A stretch of DNA of 64,000 bases from the NCBI GenBank assembly GCA_964530135.1, contig CAZGXN010000006.1:5396-69395 (forward strand). Direction: 5' to 3'. The notes under the pieces are model-generated. The model was not told where the DNA came from, did not search any database, and saw only the letters and a program-made list of their open reading frames with translations. Made by a program: the position numbers and the translations under genes. This stretch comes from an uncultured Bdellovibrionales bacterium. Lineage in GTDB: Bacteria > Patescibacteriota > Minisyncoccia > Moranbacterales > UBA1568. How positions within the stretch are numbered: position 1 is the stretch's first letter; every line of letters starts with the position of its first letter. Shown piece after piece: positions 49,557 through 60,909 of this stretch.

Positions 49557-51347
49557 ATGGAGATTCGTAATGTCGCTATCATCGCCCATGTCGACCATGG
49601 CAAGACAACCCTGACCGATGCTTTGATGCGTCAGACTGGTGTTGCCATGGCAGAAGGTGCATCAATGGATTCAAATGCGCTCGAGCGAGAGCGGGGAATA
49701 ACGATCTATGCCAAAAACTGCTCTTTGTTTTATAAGGAGACAAAAATCAATATCGTCGATACACCCGGCCATGCGGACTTTGGTTCGGAGGTAGAGCGCG
49801 TACTGCGCTCGATCGACGATGTCATCCTCGTGGTCGACGCCCAAGAGGGTCCGATGCCACAGACTCGTTTTGTTTTGAAAAAATCACTCGAGCTGGGCCT
49901 GCGCCCGATTGTCGTTATCAATAAGATTGACAAGCCGGCCGCTCGTCCGGCTGAAGTCCAAGAGATGGTCTATGAACTCTTTCTCGATCTCGGTGCCGAT
50001 GACCATCAGCTCGATTTCCCAGTCGTCTATGCAATCGCCCGCGAAGGCGTCGCGATGAAGGAGTTGGCAGACGAGCGCAAGGACCTTTCGCCGCTCCTCG
50101 ATACCATTCTCGAGCGTGTGATGCCAGCGGGACATGATGTAGACAAAGCGCTGCGCGCGCAGCCGTTCAATTTGGGCTATGACAATTTTGTTGGTCGCTT
50201 GGCTATCGCCCGTGTCTATGATGGTCGTCTCGCCGTGAATGATCAGGTTATGCTCCGGAATATCAACGGTAAACAGTCGAGTGGCCGCATCGTGAAACTC
50301 TTCACCTTTCGTGGCATGGGACGCGTCGAATCGGAATCTGTCGAAGCGGGTGATATCGTCATGATCGCTGGTCTTCCGGATGTTGAAATCGGTGATACAA
50401 TCACGACCGATGCAAATGTCGCACTTCTCCCAGCGATCGCTATCGATGAGCCGACGATATCACTTGACTTTATGGTGAATGACAGCCCCTTTGCTGGACG
50501 CGAGGGAAAATTTGTTACAAACAAACAGATCCGCGAGCGTCTCGAAAAAGAGCTCGAGATCAATGTCGGACTCAAAATTGAATTTGCGGATGATCATTAC
50601 AAGGTCTATGGACGTGGTGAGCTCCATATCTCTATCCTCCTCGAAAATATGCGTCGCGAAGGCTACGAGGTCCAGGTCTCACAGCCTCAGGTTATCATCA
50701 AAGACGTTGATGGCGTGAAGTCTGAGCCATTTGAAGAAGTGACTGTCGAATGTCCCATGGAAGTGACTGGCGCCGTCATTGAAAAAATGGGCAAGCGCAA
50801 AGGTATCATGATGGATATGCGCGAAGGTTCGGGTGGCTATCAGCGGCTCCTATTTGAGATCCCGACGCGTGGCCTCCTTGGTTATCGCGGCGAATTCATG
50901 GTGGATACGCGGGGCGAAGGAACGCTGTATACTCGAGTTGTTGGTTTTCGGCCGTACGCTGGTGAGATTGATCACCGTGATGTCGGGGCCATGATCTCTA
51001 TGGAAACCGGCAAAGCCGCGGCGTTTTCACTCGACAATCTCCAAACTCGTGGTACGCTCTATATCGGTCATGCCGCTGAAGTCTATGAAGGTATGGTCAT
51101 CGGGAACGCGACCAAGGGCGAAGACATGACGGTGAATCCGACCAAGGGGAAAGCAATGAGTAATATGCGTTCGTCCGGTGCTGATGAGGCGATTAAGCTA
51201 ACCCCGCCGTGGGAACTCAATATCGAGCGGGGACTGGAAGTCATGAACGCGGACGAGTATCTCGAGATCACCCCGCTTTCAGTAAGATTGAGAAAACAGT
51301 TTCTGAAAGAGACCGACCGCATTCGCGCCTCTCGCGCTAAGAAGTAA
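49557..51347 (+). CDS. typA: translational GTPase TypA/BipA
   Basis: [31 protein letters not shown]; EF-G-like domains. Confidence 0.9.
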   Translation: MEIRNVAIIAHVDHGKTTLTDALMRQTGVAMAEGASMDSNALERERGITIYAKNCSLFYKETKINIVDTPGHADFGSEVERVLRSIDDVILVVDAQEGPMPQTRFVLKKSLELGLRPIVVINKIDKPAARPAEVQEMVYELFLDLGADDHQLDFPVVYAIAREGVAMKELADERKDLSPLLDTILERVMPAGHDVDKALRAQPFNLGYDNFVGRLAIARVYDGRLAVNDQVMLRNINGKQSSGRIVKLFTFRGMGRVESESVEAGDIVMIAGLPDVEIGDTITTDANVALLPAIAIDEPTISLDFMVNDSPFAGREGKFVTNKQIRERLEKELEINVGLKIEFADDHYKVYGRGELHISILLENMRREGYEVQVSQPQVIIKDVDGVKSEPFEEVTVECPMEVTGAVIEKMGKRKGIMMDMREGSGGYQRLLFEIPTRGLLGYRGEFMVDTRGEGTLYTRVVGFRPYAGEIDHRDVGAMISMETGKAAAFSLDNLQTRGTLYIGHAAEVYEGMVIGNATKGEDMTVNPTKGKAMSNMRSSGADEAIKLTPPWELNIERGLEVMNADEYLEITPLSVRLRKQFLKETDRIRASRAKK

Positions 51348-51355
51348 ATAAACGA

Positions 51356-51385
51356 AAAGCCTCGATGACCGAGGCTTTTTTTATT
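51356..51385. terminator. bidirectional terminator (aaagcctcg-atgac-cgaggcttt + T-run) shared by typA and the convergent GT39 gene
   Basis: Read in sequence. Confidence 0.6.
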
Positions 51386-53222
51386 TCTCAACCTTGAAGA
51401 CCTTTATGTAATTTCCAGGACGGTCGTCGATCTTGAGCGACCAGACAGGCGGGATCGCGGTCTGGCGATAGTAGCGGTGCGCAGTCAAGCCAGATAACCG
51501 TTCCCAGCGCTCGAAGCGTGACATATAGCGCGCTTCGCCGCGGCGGGTGAGGACATAGTAGTCAGGGCGGATCTCATTTCCATTGAAAGTGTACGCCGTG
51601 AGGCACTTGCCCACAAAGAATTCACAGACACCGTAGTAGTCGGACCAGACCGTGAGTTCGGTTGCGTTTGGGAGCATATTCAAATACTGGGCGGCTTCAT
51701 AGCCGCCATAACCCCACGCGTCTGCGATGAGCGCATCTTTGGGGAGGAGCACATTGGCATAGTTGGCATAGAACGGATAGATAGTGATGAGCGATGCGGT
51801 CGAACCGAGGATCACGGTGATGGCGACACTGCTCCGGAAGTGTGGCCACTGAGCCTCTCCCCAGAGGATGAGTTCCCGCAGTCCGAAGGCGCCGAGCACG
51901 GCGAGGAGCGGAAAGAGGATGATAGCGTAACGCGCGGTTGCGAGTATGTTCGAGTGGATGAGGATGAGTGTGAAGCCGAGCATGTAGAGCAATACGGCTA
52001 GTAATACGGGTCCGTCGGCGATAGTGCGTTTCCGCAACGCGACCAAGCCGAGACTGATAAGACTGACGAGGAGGACGGGAGTAACGGAGAAGACAATCAT
52101 ATTCCATTCGAGAAAGAAAGCTTCAAAAAAATTTGGGATGCTTGAGTGATAGCGTGCATCGGTTAAATCTTTGATATCAAATGGAATTGCGTAGATACTC
52201 CAGTTCGGGAGGAGAGAGCGGGCGACGATGACGGCGATGAAGAGTGTGAGGAAGAAGAGGGCGAGAACTCGAGTAATCGGCAGGATTCGACGCATAGTAT
52301 CCCTCAGTGCTAGGAGTAATCGGGCCTTGAAAATAAAAAGATCAGTGAGGAAAATGAGTATGATGGGGGCGAGAGAGAAGAGAAGTACTTCCTTGTCGGG
52401 GATGGTCTGAAGATATTCTGCGGCGTATTTCCGATCGAGGAGGAAGGCGGGGACAAAGAGTAAGAGCAGCCCCACCGAAGCTCCGGCGATGACGATGAGT
52501 TTCCGCAGTCCGGTGGTGAGTGATGCACGAAGTGCCACAGCCTCATCCTCGTTGTGCTGGCTGATAAAGTGGATCAGATAGGCCAGGCCAAACGCGGGGA
52601 GGAGAATGAGTGCCGTGTACTTTGAAAGGAGCGCGAGGGTGGTGAATAGTATGGTCATCACCAGGTCTCGCCGTTGATTGAATTTCAGAACGGCGAAATA
52701 AGAGAACAGCGCGGCAGCGGTCGTGGACCACAGGAGCGCGTCTGGATTGACGATCTGTGTCAGACCGAGGAGAACGGGGGAGAGGGCAGTGAGCGTGGAA
52801 GCGAACAGCGCCGTCCAGGGACCAAAGAGTCGGGTGAGGAGAAAGAAGAAATATATGAGGATAAGACCGTTCACAATGAGAAGTGGCAGTCGAAATGCGA
52901 GGAGGAGTGAGGGGGTTTCGGCGACCTGGCATCGATACAGGCGGGTACTTTCTTCGATACAGTGGCGGCTCGTATCAGGGAAGAAGAGGAGCGCCGGTCC
53001 GGTAACAATGGCGAGGGAGACACCAGGCTTATCATTGATGAATGTTTTACGCCATGCACCCTTTTCCCAAGCCTGCCAGTATTGGGGAATCCTTTCATAG
53101 AGCCAATAATGCTCATCCGCAGTCAGAAACTGGGTTATGTGGAGTGAACCGAAGACGGCATACAATGCCAGTACGAGGACAAAAAGCCGCTTTGGTTGAA
53201 GGAATTTTTGGAGAGTTTCCAT
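51381..53222 (-). CDS. polytopic membrane glycosyltransferase, GT39/GT83-like (PMT/ArnT family)
   Basis: About 13 TM helices; first-loop DE motif (FLTADEHYW); size 613 aa. Confidence 0.5.
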   Translation of the reverse strand: METLQKFLQPKRLFVLVLALYAVFGSLHITQFLTADEHYWLYERIPQYWQAWEKGAWRKTFINDKPGVSLAIVTGPALLFFPDTSRHCIEESTRLYRCQVAETPSLLLAFRLPLLIVNGLILIYFFFLLTRLFGPWTALFASTLTALSPVLLGLTQIVNPDALLWSTTAAALFSYFAVLKFNQRRDLVMTILFTTLALLSKYTALILLPAFGLAYLIHFISQHNEDEAVALRASLTTGLRKLIVIAGASVGLLLLFVPAFLLDRKYAAEYLQTIPDKEVLLFSLAPIILIFLTDLFIFKARLLLALRDTMRRILPITRVLALFFLTLFIAVIVARSLLPNWSIYAIPFDIKDLTDARYHSSIPNFFEAFFLEWNMIVFSVTPVLLVSLISLGLVALRKRTIADGPVLLAVLLYMLGFTLILIHSNILATARYAIILFPLLAVLGAFGLRELILWGEAQWPHFRSSVAITVILGSTASLITIYPFYANYANVLLPKDALIADAWGYGGYEAAQYLNMLPNATELTVWSDYYGVCEFFVGKCLTAYTFNGNEIRPDYYVLTRRGEARYMSRFERWERLSGLTAHRYYRQTAIPPVWSLKIDDRPGNYIKVFKVEK

Positions 53223-53312
53223 GGGGTAGGTAGCGGGGCCGGTGAGTGATGATACTTTCTATGTAAGCATAGCATCCGGTTTCCAGCGAGTAGTATCGGG
53301 GTATGTGGCAAA

Positions 53313-53909
53313 TTGGGGTACAATAAGAGAATGCTGATTGAATGGCTTATACAATTCGGACCGATCACAGCCTTTTTCCTTGTGTTTGAGGCATCTCATC
53401 AGAACTTTTTTGCTGCGACGACGGTATTGATGGCAGCGATGGTCGTTATGACTGCCTGGAGTTGGTATCGCTCAAAACAAGTGGCTTGGTTTCCTCTCTG
53501 GAGCGCCGCCTTTGTTCTCATTTTTGGCGGAGCGACCTTGTATTATACTGATCCGCAATGGCTCATTGTGAAGGACACGATTTATGATGGGCTCTTTGCG
53601 TTTGCCATTCTCGTCAGTCTGGCGTTCCGTAAAAACCTTCTTCGTAAGTTCTTTATGCCACTCTTTGCAATCACTGATCATGGTTGGCATATCTTGGCAG
53701 TTCGTTGGGCACTTTTCTTCCTTCTCTCGGCCGGACTCAATGAGGTCGTTCGTCGGTTAGTCGTTCCAGAGGTGTGGGTATATTACAAGATTGCGAACAC
53801 GATTGTTCTGATCGTTTTTGGTCTCGCACAGTTTCGACTGACTGGTCGGGAGCGGATCGAACAAGAAGCCAATCGCCTCGGTCTGCGCCTCACTCATCAG
53901 AAGAAATAA
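53313..53909 (+). CDS. YciB/IspA-like intracellular septation protein
   Basis: Architecture and motifs parallel E. coli YciB. Confidence 0.45.
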   Translation: MGYNKRMLIEWLIQFGPITAFFLVFEASHQNFFAATTVLMAAMVVMTAWSWYRSKQVAWFPLWSAAFVLIFGGATLYYTDPQWLIVKDTIYDGLFAFAILVSLAFRKNLLRKFFMPLFAITDHGWHILAVRWALFFLLSAGLNEVVRRLVVPEVWVYYKIANTIVLIVFGLAQFRLTGRERIEQEANRLGLRLTHQKK

Positions 53910-53914
53910 TTTCT

Positions 53915-54709
53915 ATGGCGGAATTTATTGATGTTGTCAGATTTTCGGCTCTCCTCCTGGCGGCATACTTCATGCTCGTGTTCATCGTTGCGCTCATTTG
54001 GGCCGATAATAGTCTCGTGGATATTGCCTATGGGGCGGGGTTTGTCATGATCGCTTGGTATCTGGCCTCCCTATGGTCTGCCTGGACCGACCGACAGCTA
54101 ATCATCCTCGCCTGCGTTACGGTCTGGGGCGTGCGACTCACACTGCATATCCTCTTCAAGAACTGGGGGAAGCCCGAAGACTTCCGGTACCAGGCTTGGC
54201 GCGAGACTTGGATGAAAAATGGCATGCTCTATTTTTTCTTCCGCAGTCTCGGCCAGATCTATCTCTTGCAGGGAGCGGTCATCCTTGTCGTCTCGCTACC
54301 AGTGATGATCGTTTTTGCGACGATTCAGGAACCGCTCGCCTGGTATAACTGGTTCGGCTTGGCTGTCTGGGGCATTGGGTTTTTCTTCGAAGTTGTCGGA
54401 GACTGGCAACTTGACCGATTTATCCGAAAGCCGGAGAACAAAGGTCAAATCATGACTACGGGCCTGTGGCGTTTCACTCGCCACCCGAATTATTTCGGTG
54501 AAGCGATGATGTGGTGGGGATTGTTCCTGGTTGTCCTAGGCCTCCCACTTTCCCACATCGCTCTCTTGAGTCCGATACTCATCACTTTCCTCTTGACCCA
54601 AGTCTCGGGGATCCCGATGCTGGAAAAACGCTGGGCCGGTCGGGCGGATTGGGAGGAATACAGGCGGAAGACGAGTGTTTTCATCCCGTGGTTTCCAGGA
54701 AAAGCGTAG
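53915..54709 (+). CDS. DUF1295 / steroid-5-alpha-reductase-like membrane protein
   Basis: LWRFTRHPNYFGEAMMWWG motif. Confidence 0.55.
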   Translation: MAEFIDVVRFSALLLAAYFMLVFIVALIWADNSLVDIAYGAGFVMIAWYLASLWSAWTDRQLIILACVTVWGVRLTLHILFKNWGKPEDFRYQAWRETWMKNGMLYFFFRSLGQIYLLQGAVILVVSLPVMIVFATIQEPLAWYNWFGLAVWGIGFFFEVVGDWQLDRFIRKPENKGQIMTTGLWRFTRHPNYFGEAMMWWGLFLVVLGLPLSHIALLSPILITFLLTQVSGIPMLEKRWAGRADWEEYRRKTSVFIPWFPGKA

Positions 54710-54832
54710 GCTCTCGTTTTTCATTTTCGTACATTCTGACGACCATCTAAACATTGAGATTCAAAAGTTGAAAAAAGCCTCGGATTGAGGCTTTTACAGG
54801 GTAGATTTGAAGCGGGGAAAGCTTAAAGAGAC

Positions 54833-57800
54833 TTAGACGAGCTGGGCCTGGGTACCAGCGTCTTTGGCTTTGGTTGCCGGCCGGTCATTGTCATCGAACC
54901 ACATCTCATAGATGACAGGGATGAAGAAGAGCTTGGCGATACCAGAGAAACAGAGTCCAGCGATGATGGCCCCGCCCAGGCCCTGCCAGATGGGATCTGA
55001 GAGCGTGATCGGTATGAGGCCAACGATGGTGGTGAGCGCGGTCAAGAGGATTGGCTCAAGCCGGCTTGTCGCACCCTCGACGACGGCTTCACGGACCGGC
55101 AGGCCGAGGTCCAGGTTCTTGTTGATCTTGTCGACCATGATGATGGAGTTGTTCACCACGATACCGAAGAGCGCGAGGACACCGATGAGGGCTGGGAACG
55201 AGAGCGGGATGCCGAAGAGCGCGAAGATGACGAAGACGCCCGAGACGGCGATGGGGATGACGAGGAGGACAATGAGGGCTTTGCGGAAGGAATTGAATTG
55301 GATCACCATGGTTGCGAAGATGAGGATGGCGGAGAGTAGCATCGCGTACATGATCGACTGGACAGACTTGTTGTTTTCTTCGTTCACGCCGCCGGTTTTC
55401 CAGCTGTAGCCGGTAGGGAGGTTGAGTTCGGTATCGGCAAATGTTTCCATGGCGGCGTTCAGCTCGGTGATAGAATAGCCCTCAGCTACCGCAGCGGAAA
55501 TAGAGATGGTTCGAGCTTCATCCTCGCGAGTAATGAGGGTTGGATTCTTTCGGAGCTCAAGTGTTCCAAGTGAGAGAATGGGTAGAGAGGCGCCAGTCGC
55601 CGTTGGAAGTGAGAGTTGTCCGATGGCTTCTGGCGTGCCGAAATCATCATTCGAGAAGCGGATGACTATATCGCGTTTTTCATTGCCGAAGCGGATATCT
55701 TCCTTCACGGTGTAGCCACTGCCGAGCGTTCGGAGGAGAATGCCGGTGTCACGGGTTGATAACCCAGCTGCATTGAGTGCGGCATCATTCGGAATAAATG
55801 ACAGCTTCTTGCCGGCACTTGAAAGTGAGACGGAAATATTGCTTGTACCAGGGATGTTCTCGAGGTACTGCTTTGTTTTCTCGGCGAATACTTCGAGCGT
55901 ATCGAGATCCGGTCCGAGGAGCTTCAGTTGGAGGTCGGATCCGGCTGGTGGTCCACCGGAAAGCTGCGAAGCGGTGATCTTGCCACCATTCCAATCAGCG
56001 AAAGACCGTTCGAGTTCAGTCACGATTTCGCTTGATTTCCTCTCGCGTTCCTTGGCTTTGATGAGGTGAAGAGTGAAGAGGATGCGGCGGAAATCCTGAC
56101 TGGTTATGCTCGTATTACTATCAGTCGGAGCGCTCGCTCCGATCTCGGCTAGGACAAAGTCAAGTTCAGCCAGACTCTGGAAACGTGGGAGGAGTTCCTG
56201 GACGGTTCTGTCGGCGTGTTCGGCAGTCGTACCGACCGGTAGTTCAGCACTGACATAAATGATGTCGATATCATCGCCTGGGAAAAATTCATTCACAACC
56301 AATCCGAGCGGAACGAGTGCGTAGGAACCGAGCATGAAGACAATGAGGAAGATGATAGTGAGGCGTCGGGCGCGGCGGGACGAGAGGATGCGCTCGATCA
56401 GGTGGCTATAGCGGAGACTGAGGGCATCGAGAGAGAGTGGGCCACGTTCTTGAAAGTTTGTCCAAGCCGCACCGAAGCGCGTCGATTTCCAAGCTGTTAC
56501 GGTTCGGAAGAAGGAGCGGGTGAGATGGATGGCGAGCACGAGGAGGAGCGCGGCGAGTGGATAGAGGAACCATTTCATCGGACTCGCTGGCATGCTGAAG
56601 TAGAGTGCTACCAAGACAGTTGTGAGGAAAAGTCCTTGGAGGAAGAGCACTATGCGTCGCGGGAATCGGCCCTCGAGAAAAATCGCCATATATGGGATGA
56701 CGAGGAAGAGGGCAGTTGCGGCTGAGAGAGCCAGTGCGGTCGAGACGACAATCGGAATCGGTCGAATGAATTCACCAATGATGCCGGTCGAGAGGAGGAG
56801 CGGGACGAAAGCCCAGACTGTCGTGATAGTTGTGATGGCGATGACACCACTAAAGTCACGGAAGACGAGGAGCACCGTCTCGTTTGGTGTGAATTTACCC
56901 GAGCGATGATAGCTCGCGATTGCTGAGATGACGACGATAGCGTTATCGACGAGGATACCGAGTGCGAGGAGCAGGGAAAAGAGTGAAATGAAGTTGATCG
57001 AGATGCCAACGGCTTGCATGACGACGAAGGTCGCGAGGAAGGTGAACGGGATGGCGAGAGCAGCAATGAGCGACTGTCGGACACCGAAGAAGAGGAGGAG
57101 CATGATGAACACGAGGCCAAAAGTGATGAGGAAATCCCGCTGCAATTGGCTGAAGCTCCGATCAATTTCCTCCGCTCCATTGAAATATGTGGACACGGTG
57201 AAATCGATGGGTGAGAGAGCTTGATAGCTCGCGATCGTTTTCTCGATCGAATCGATTGCTTCACGCGTATCAGCATTTTCGGTCTGATAAGCGGCGAAGA
57301 AAATCGCGCGAGTTGCATCATGTTTGTGTGAGAGGACATAGGCTGGCAGTGTCCCAGGCTTCTCTTTTTCAATGATCACAGCGAGACTGCCGAGCGGCAC
57401 TGTCTCACCTCCGACCGTGATCGGGAGGCGGCGGAGTGATTCGAGAGAACCCACACTTTTTTCTTGGTCGAGAGAGAGAGTTGTGTCTGTCGCAGCGATT
57501 GTCCCGCCGGGGAAATTGCCGAGTGCGGCGTCGATGGCACGAGCGAGACTTGCGATCGAGAGCTGGTGTGCAGCGATTGTTTCGGGCGTGAGAATAATCG
57601 AGATTTCAGGGTCGCGGCGGTAAGTGAGGTTCACTTTTTCCACTGCGGGGAGCGCCTTGATCTCATCGAGGAGCTCGTCAGCAATTACGGGGAGCGCGGC
57701 TTCATCACCAGGTGTTGAGAGTGCAAACAGCATGACCGGTTGATTGGTGAAATCGATCACTTCAACTGATGGGTCTTGGGCTGCTTCAGGAAGCGTAGTA

Positions 57801-58198
57801 ACGCGGTCGACAGCGTTCTGGACTTCGCTCTTGGCTTTTTCTGGATCAACGGTTGAAGAGAATTCAACCACGATTGATGAGAAGCTCTCTTGTGAGCTCG
57901 ATGTAACGCGTGTAACATCGGACAGGCCGTTCACAGCGTCTTCGATCGGGACAGTGATGAGATCCTCGACATCCTCTGGTCCAGCACCAGGAAATGCAGT
58001 CGCGATGATGACGGTCGGGATTTGAATATCGGGATTGAGCTCTTTCTTGAGCGAGCTATACGAAGCGACTCCAGCGATGATGAGCGTCGCGGTGATGAGG
58101 ACGATGGTGCGAGTGCTCTGAAAGTAGCGTCCGATGAAACCATTCCGGAGTGTCTCATCGAAGTGGAGCCGGTCGAAAAAACTTTTCGTGTAGGACAT
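54833..58198 (-). CDS. RND-superfamily efflux transporter permease (AcrB/MMPL-like, 12 TM with two large loops)
   Basis: Size 1121 aa, two TM bundles separated by large hydrophilic domains. Confidence 0.7.
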   Translation of the reverse strand: MSYTKSFFDRLHFDETLRNGFIGRYFQSTRTIVLITATLIIAGVASYSSLKKELNPDIQIPTVIIATAFPGAGPEDVEDLITVPIEDAVNGLSDVTRVTSSSQESFSSIVVEFSSTVDPEKAKSEVQNAVDRVTTLPEAAQDPSVEVIDFTNQPVMLFALSTPGDEAALPVIADELLDEIKALPAVEKVNLTYRRDPEISIILTPETIAAHQLSIASLARAIDAALGNFPGGTIAATDTTLSLDQEKSVGSLESLRRLPITVGGETVPLGSLAVIIEKEKPGTLPAYVLSHKHDATRAIFFAAYQTENADTREAIDSIEKTIASYQALSPIDFTVSTYFNGAEEIDRSFSQLQRDFLITFGLVFIMLLLFFGVRQSLIAALAIPFTFLATFVVMQAVGISINFISLFSLLLALGILVDNAIVVISAIASYHRSGKFTPNETVLLVFRDFSGVIAITTITTVWAFVPLLLSTGIIGEFIRPIPIVVSTALALSAATALFLVIPYMAIFLEGRFPRRIVLFLQGLFLTTVLVALYFSMPASPMKWFLYPLAALLLVLAIHLTRSFFRTVTAWKSTRFGAAWTNFQERGPLSLDALSLRYSHLIERILSSRRARRLTIIFLIVFMLGSYALVPLGLVVNEFFPGDDIDIIYVSAELPVGTTAEHADRTVQELLPRFQSLAELDFVLAEIGASAPTDSNTSITSQDFRRILFTLHLIKAKERERKSSEIVTELERSFADWNGGKITASQLSGGPPAGSDLQLKLLGPDLDTLEVFAEKTKQYLENIPGTSNISVSLSSAGKKLSFIPNDAALNAAGLSTRDTGILLRTLGSGYTVKEDIRFGNEKRDIVIRFSNDDFGTPEAIGQLSLPTATGASLPILSLGTLELRKNPTLITREDEARTISISAAVAEGYSITELNAAMETFADTELNLPTGYSWKTGGVNEENNKSVQSIMYAMLLSAILIFATMVIQFNSFRKALIVLLVIPIAVSGVFVIFALFGIPLSFPALIGVLALFGIVVNNSIIMVDKINKNLDLGLPVREAVVEGATSRLEPILLTALTTIVGLIPITLSDPIWQGLGGAIIAGLCFSGIAKLFFIPVIYEMWFDDNDRPATKAKDAGTQAQLV

Positions 58199-58207
58199 AC
58201 GGGGCGA

Positions 58208-59341
58208 TTAGCGGAGCGGCTCGATTTTTTCGCCTGGCAGGACTGATGCGTCGAGTACGATCATGTCGCCAGCGGCGAGGCCGGATGTAACATGCACTGT
58301 CGCACCGACGGTTTCACCGAGTGTTACGGACTGCGCACGGGTCATGTGGCTCGCATCCATGATGATGACGGAGTGCTCTTTGGATGCCGAGCGAATCGCG
58401 TCGATCGGGATGAGGAAGTCGGTTTCTGTGCGGGCGATGAGCGGGACAGAAAGAGTAACATAATCATGTTGCGCGAAGGACTGAGCAAGCGTTTCGGGGA
58501 GGGGATAAGTTACCATGACGAGACCGGCCGAAGTTTCGACCCTCGCACGATAGCCTTGGGAAAGTGTGTGGGACTCGCCGTTCTCGATAAGTTCGGCAAT
58601 GCCGGCCTCCATGAGAACATCGGCAATCTTTTTTGGGAAGGCTGCTTCGAGGGTGCTGCTACCAGCTGAGGCAGAGAGTGTCATGAGAACCGTGCCAGCC
58701 GAGACAAGCTCGCCAGGACGCACCGCGATATGTTCGATCGTACCTCTGACGAGCGACTTCGGATTGAGTGCTGCATCACTCCGGAGTGCGAGTGCCAGAT
58801 CGATATATGCAGTCTCGCGACCAGCCTTGAGCTGATCACGCTTGAGTTTCAGTCGACTGATCTCGGCCTGCTCCTCCCGATCCGACTTGGTGTCATCGTT
58901 TTTGATGATCTTTTGCTCGAGTGCATTGATCTCTTTCTCGCGGCGGTAGCTCTTTTCAGTGAGGTTTGCTTGGAGACGAGCGCGTTCCTGGCTCAGGGCT
59001 GTTACGCCGCTCGCATAGTCAGTAGTGAGTGTTGCGACAGTCTGTCCAGGCGTGACGCGTTGCCCAGGGCGCACGGCGACTGTCTGTATGATGCCTGGGA
59101 CGAGAGCAACGATGTCAACCGTATCGGTTTTTTTTACTTGAGCAACGACCGTCATCCGGCCCCCATCGGTACCGGCGACGAAGAGTTGTGAACGTTTCAC
59201 TATCTGTTCTGGTAATTTAGCTTCTTCGTCCGGTGTCCGCAGCACACTCGAAAGCGCGATCACACCAAAGAGAGTAGCGAGGACGACAATGAAGCTCGCC
59301 ACAGGGCGATTCTCGAGCCGAGTGATAAGGGCAGTAAACAT
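58208..59341 (-). CDS. efflux RND periplasmic adaptor (membrane fusion protein, HlyD family)
   Basis: N-terminal TM, lipoyl hairpin, coiled-coil. Confidence 0.65.
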   Translation of the reverse strand: MFTALITRLENRPVASFIVVLATLFGVIALSSVLRTPDEEAKLPEQIVKRSQLFVAGTDGGRMTVVAQVKKTDTVDIVALVPGIIQTVAVRPGQRVTPGQTVATLTTDYASGVTALSQERARLQANLTEKSYRREKEINALEQKIIKNDDTKSDREEQAEISRLKLKRDQLKAGRETAYIDLALALRSDAALNPKSLVRGTIEHIAVRPGELVSAGTVLMTLSASAGSSTLEAAFPKKIADVLMEAGIAELIENGESHTLSQGYRARVETSAGLVMVTYPLPETLAQSFAQHDYVTLSVPLIARTETDFLIPIDAIRSASKEHSVIIMDASHMTRAQSVTLGETVGATVHVTSGLAAGDMIVLDASVLPGEKIEPLR

Positions 59342-59458
59342 AAAGGACGCAGAAAATAATGAATAAGGTTTCGATAGAGAATAACAGAGAAAGAGTCCTT
59401 AGTCAAGCCTTTATTCGGATTTTTTCGGTGCTTGTGATTAAAGTTTTTTACCCCCGAT

Positions 59459-59905
59459 ATGAGTGCTGGATATGCTAGTATAGAAAAAGATAGAGAGGGT
59501 GCGTTTATTTCCTATCATTTCAACGCTATGTCTCGCCACACCATCCATAAGGATATCTTTGCTCTCACCCGTAAAAACTCCTGGTTTCGTCGAGAAGTTG
59601 TAACGGGAGAACATTCCCAAGTTGTCCTCATGTGTATCGAGTCTGGGGACGAAATTGGAGAAGAGGTTCATGCTGTTGATCAAACCCTCGTATTTGTTGA
59701 GGGTTCTGGTGAGGCAATTTTGGACGATACAACAGAGACGTTTGACGCCGGCGACCTGTTCTTTGTCCCTGCGGGGACACGGCACAATTTCCGAAATACG
59801 GGCACAGGTCCGCTCAAGCTCTTCACGGTGTATGCTCCAAACGAGCATGTCGCTGGGACGAATCATCAGACCAAGGCTGATGCGCTGAATGATCCGAACG
59901 AATAG
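59459..59905 (+). CDS. cupin-2 domain protein
   Basis: GEEVHAVDQTLVFVEGSGEA...GDLFFVPAGTRHNFRNTG. Confidence 0.6.
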   Translation: MSAGYASIEKDREGAFISYHFNAMSRHTIHKDIFALTRKNSWFRREVVTGEHSQVVLMCIESGDEIGEEVHAVDQTLVFVEGSGEAILDDTTETFDAGDLFFVPAGTRHNFRNTGTGPLKLFTVYAPNEHVAGTNHQTKADALNDPNE

Positions 59906-59923
59906 TGGTAATTACCCGTACGT

Positions 59924-60403
59924 ATGTCATGGATTTTATATGCTTTCCTCGCCGCTCTTTCGGCGGCTGTCGTAGGCGTGCTGTCAAAGATCGGCATCGC
60001 GGGTATGGATGCAACGGTTGCGACCACGATACGTGGACTTTCGATCGCTGTCTTTATGGGTGGCGCCGCGATGCTGCTGGGTCGTTTTGAGGGACTCACG
60101 GCAATTTCTCCTAAGACAATCCTTTTCATTATCCTGACCGGTGTCTTTGGTGGGCTCTCTTGGCTCTGGGGTTTTCTGGCATTGAAAGCAGGGGGCGATG
60201 TGACAGCTGTGAATGCGATTGATAGGCTCTCGCTCGTTTTCCTTCTCGTGTTGGCTATTTTTTTTCTGGGTGAAGAGTTTACCTGGGCTAAATTCGGCGG
60301 CGTACTCCTCATCATCGGCGGTACCCTCCTTGTAACTCTGAAACCAGAACAATGGTCGCACATGTCCAATGGATGGTGGAAATTGTTCAATTCATTCCAT
60401 TGA
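59924..60403 (+). CDS. small EamA-domain (DMT superfamily) membrane transporter
   Basis: 4-5 TM, EamA-like pattern. Confidence 0.5.
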   Translation: MSWILYAFLAALSAAVVGVLSKIGIAGMDATVATTIRGLSIAVFMGGAAMLLGRFEGLTAISPKTILFIILTGVFGGLSWLWGFLALKAGGDVTAVNAIDRLSLVFLLVLAIFFLGEEFTWAKFGGVLLIIGGTLLVTLKPEQWSHMSNGWWKLFNSFH

Positions 60404-60487
60404 TTTACCCCTTGACTGGATTAGTACTTTACTGTATAGTGCGAGATGCGTTTCGGTGTTCCTCTCAACTGAGTTTGGAGGTGTTCT

Positions 60488-60766
60488 ATGGGATCAGTTT
60501 TGGTCGCTGAGTTTTTTGGTGATATGCCCGCTCCTCTCCTCGATGCTGCGAATCGTCTCGCTGACATCAATCCAACGAGCCCCAATCTTGTTCTCTGGAA
60601 TGATTTTGGATCGGGTGATACAACTCTTCTTGACCTTATCATCCACTATAACCCCCATCGGAAATACGATGAGGCTATGGATGAAGGGGTCATGGGAGCG
60701 GTCTGGGCGGGTCTCCTCAATGCTATCCAGCACGAGCTTCTGTTGCTTGGGGTTGGCGAGCCGTGA
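60488..60766 (+). CDS. hypothetical protein
   Basis: ORF only. Confidence 0.3.
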   Translation: MGSVLVAEFFGDMPAPLLDAANRLADINPTSPNLVLWNDFGSGDTTLLDLIIHYNPHRKYDEAMDEGVMGAVWAGLLNAIQHELLLLGVGEP

Positions 60767-60909
60767 AGAAATCTGACTTGATGCGGGCGCGTGATGAATA
60801 ACCCTCTCACCGCCCGCTTTTCTTTTCTCTTGCTTTGAATAAGAATCCGTGTCATACTGCTCTCGCCGTTTTGCGGCATTTTCTTTTACTTACCTTATTG
60901 CGTGCAATC

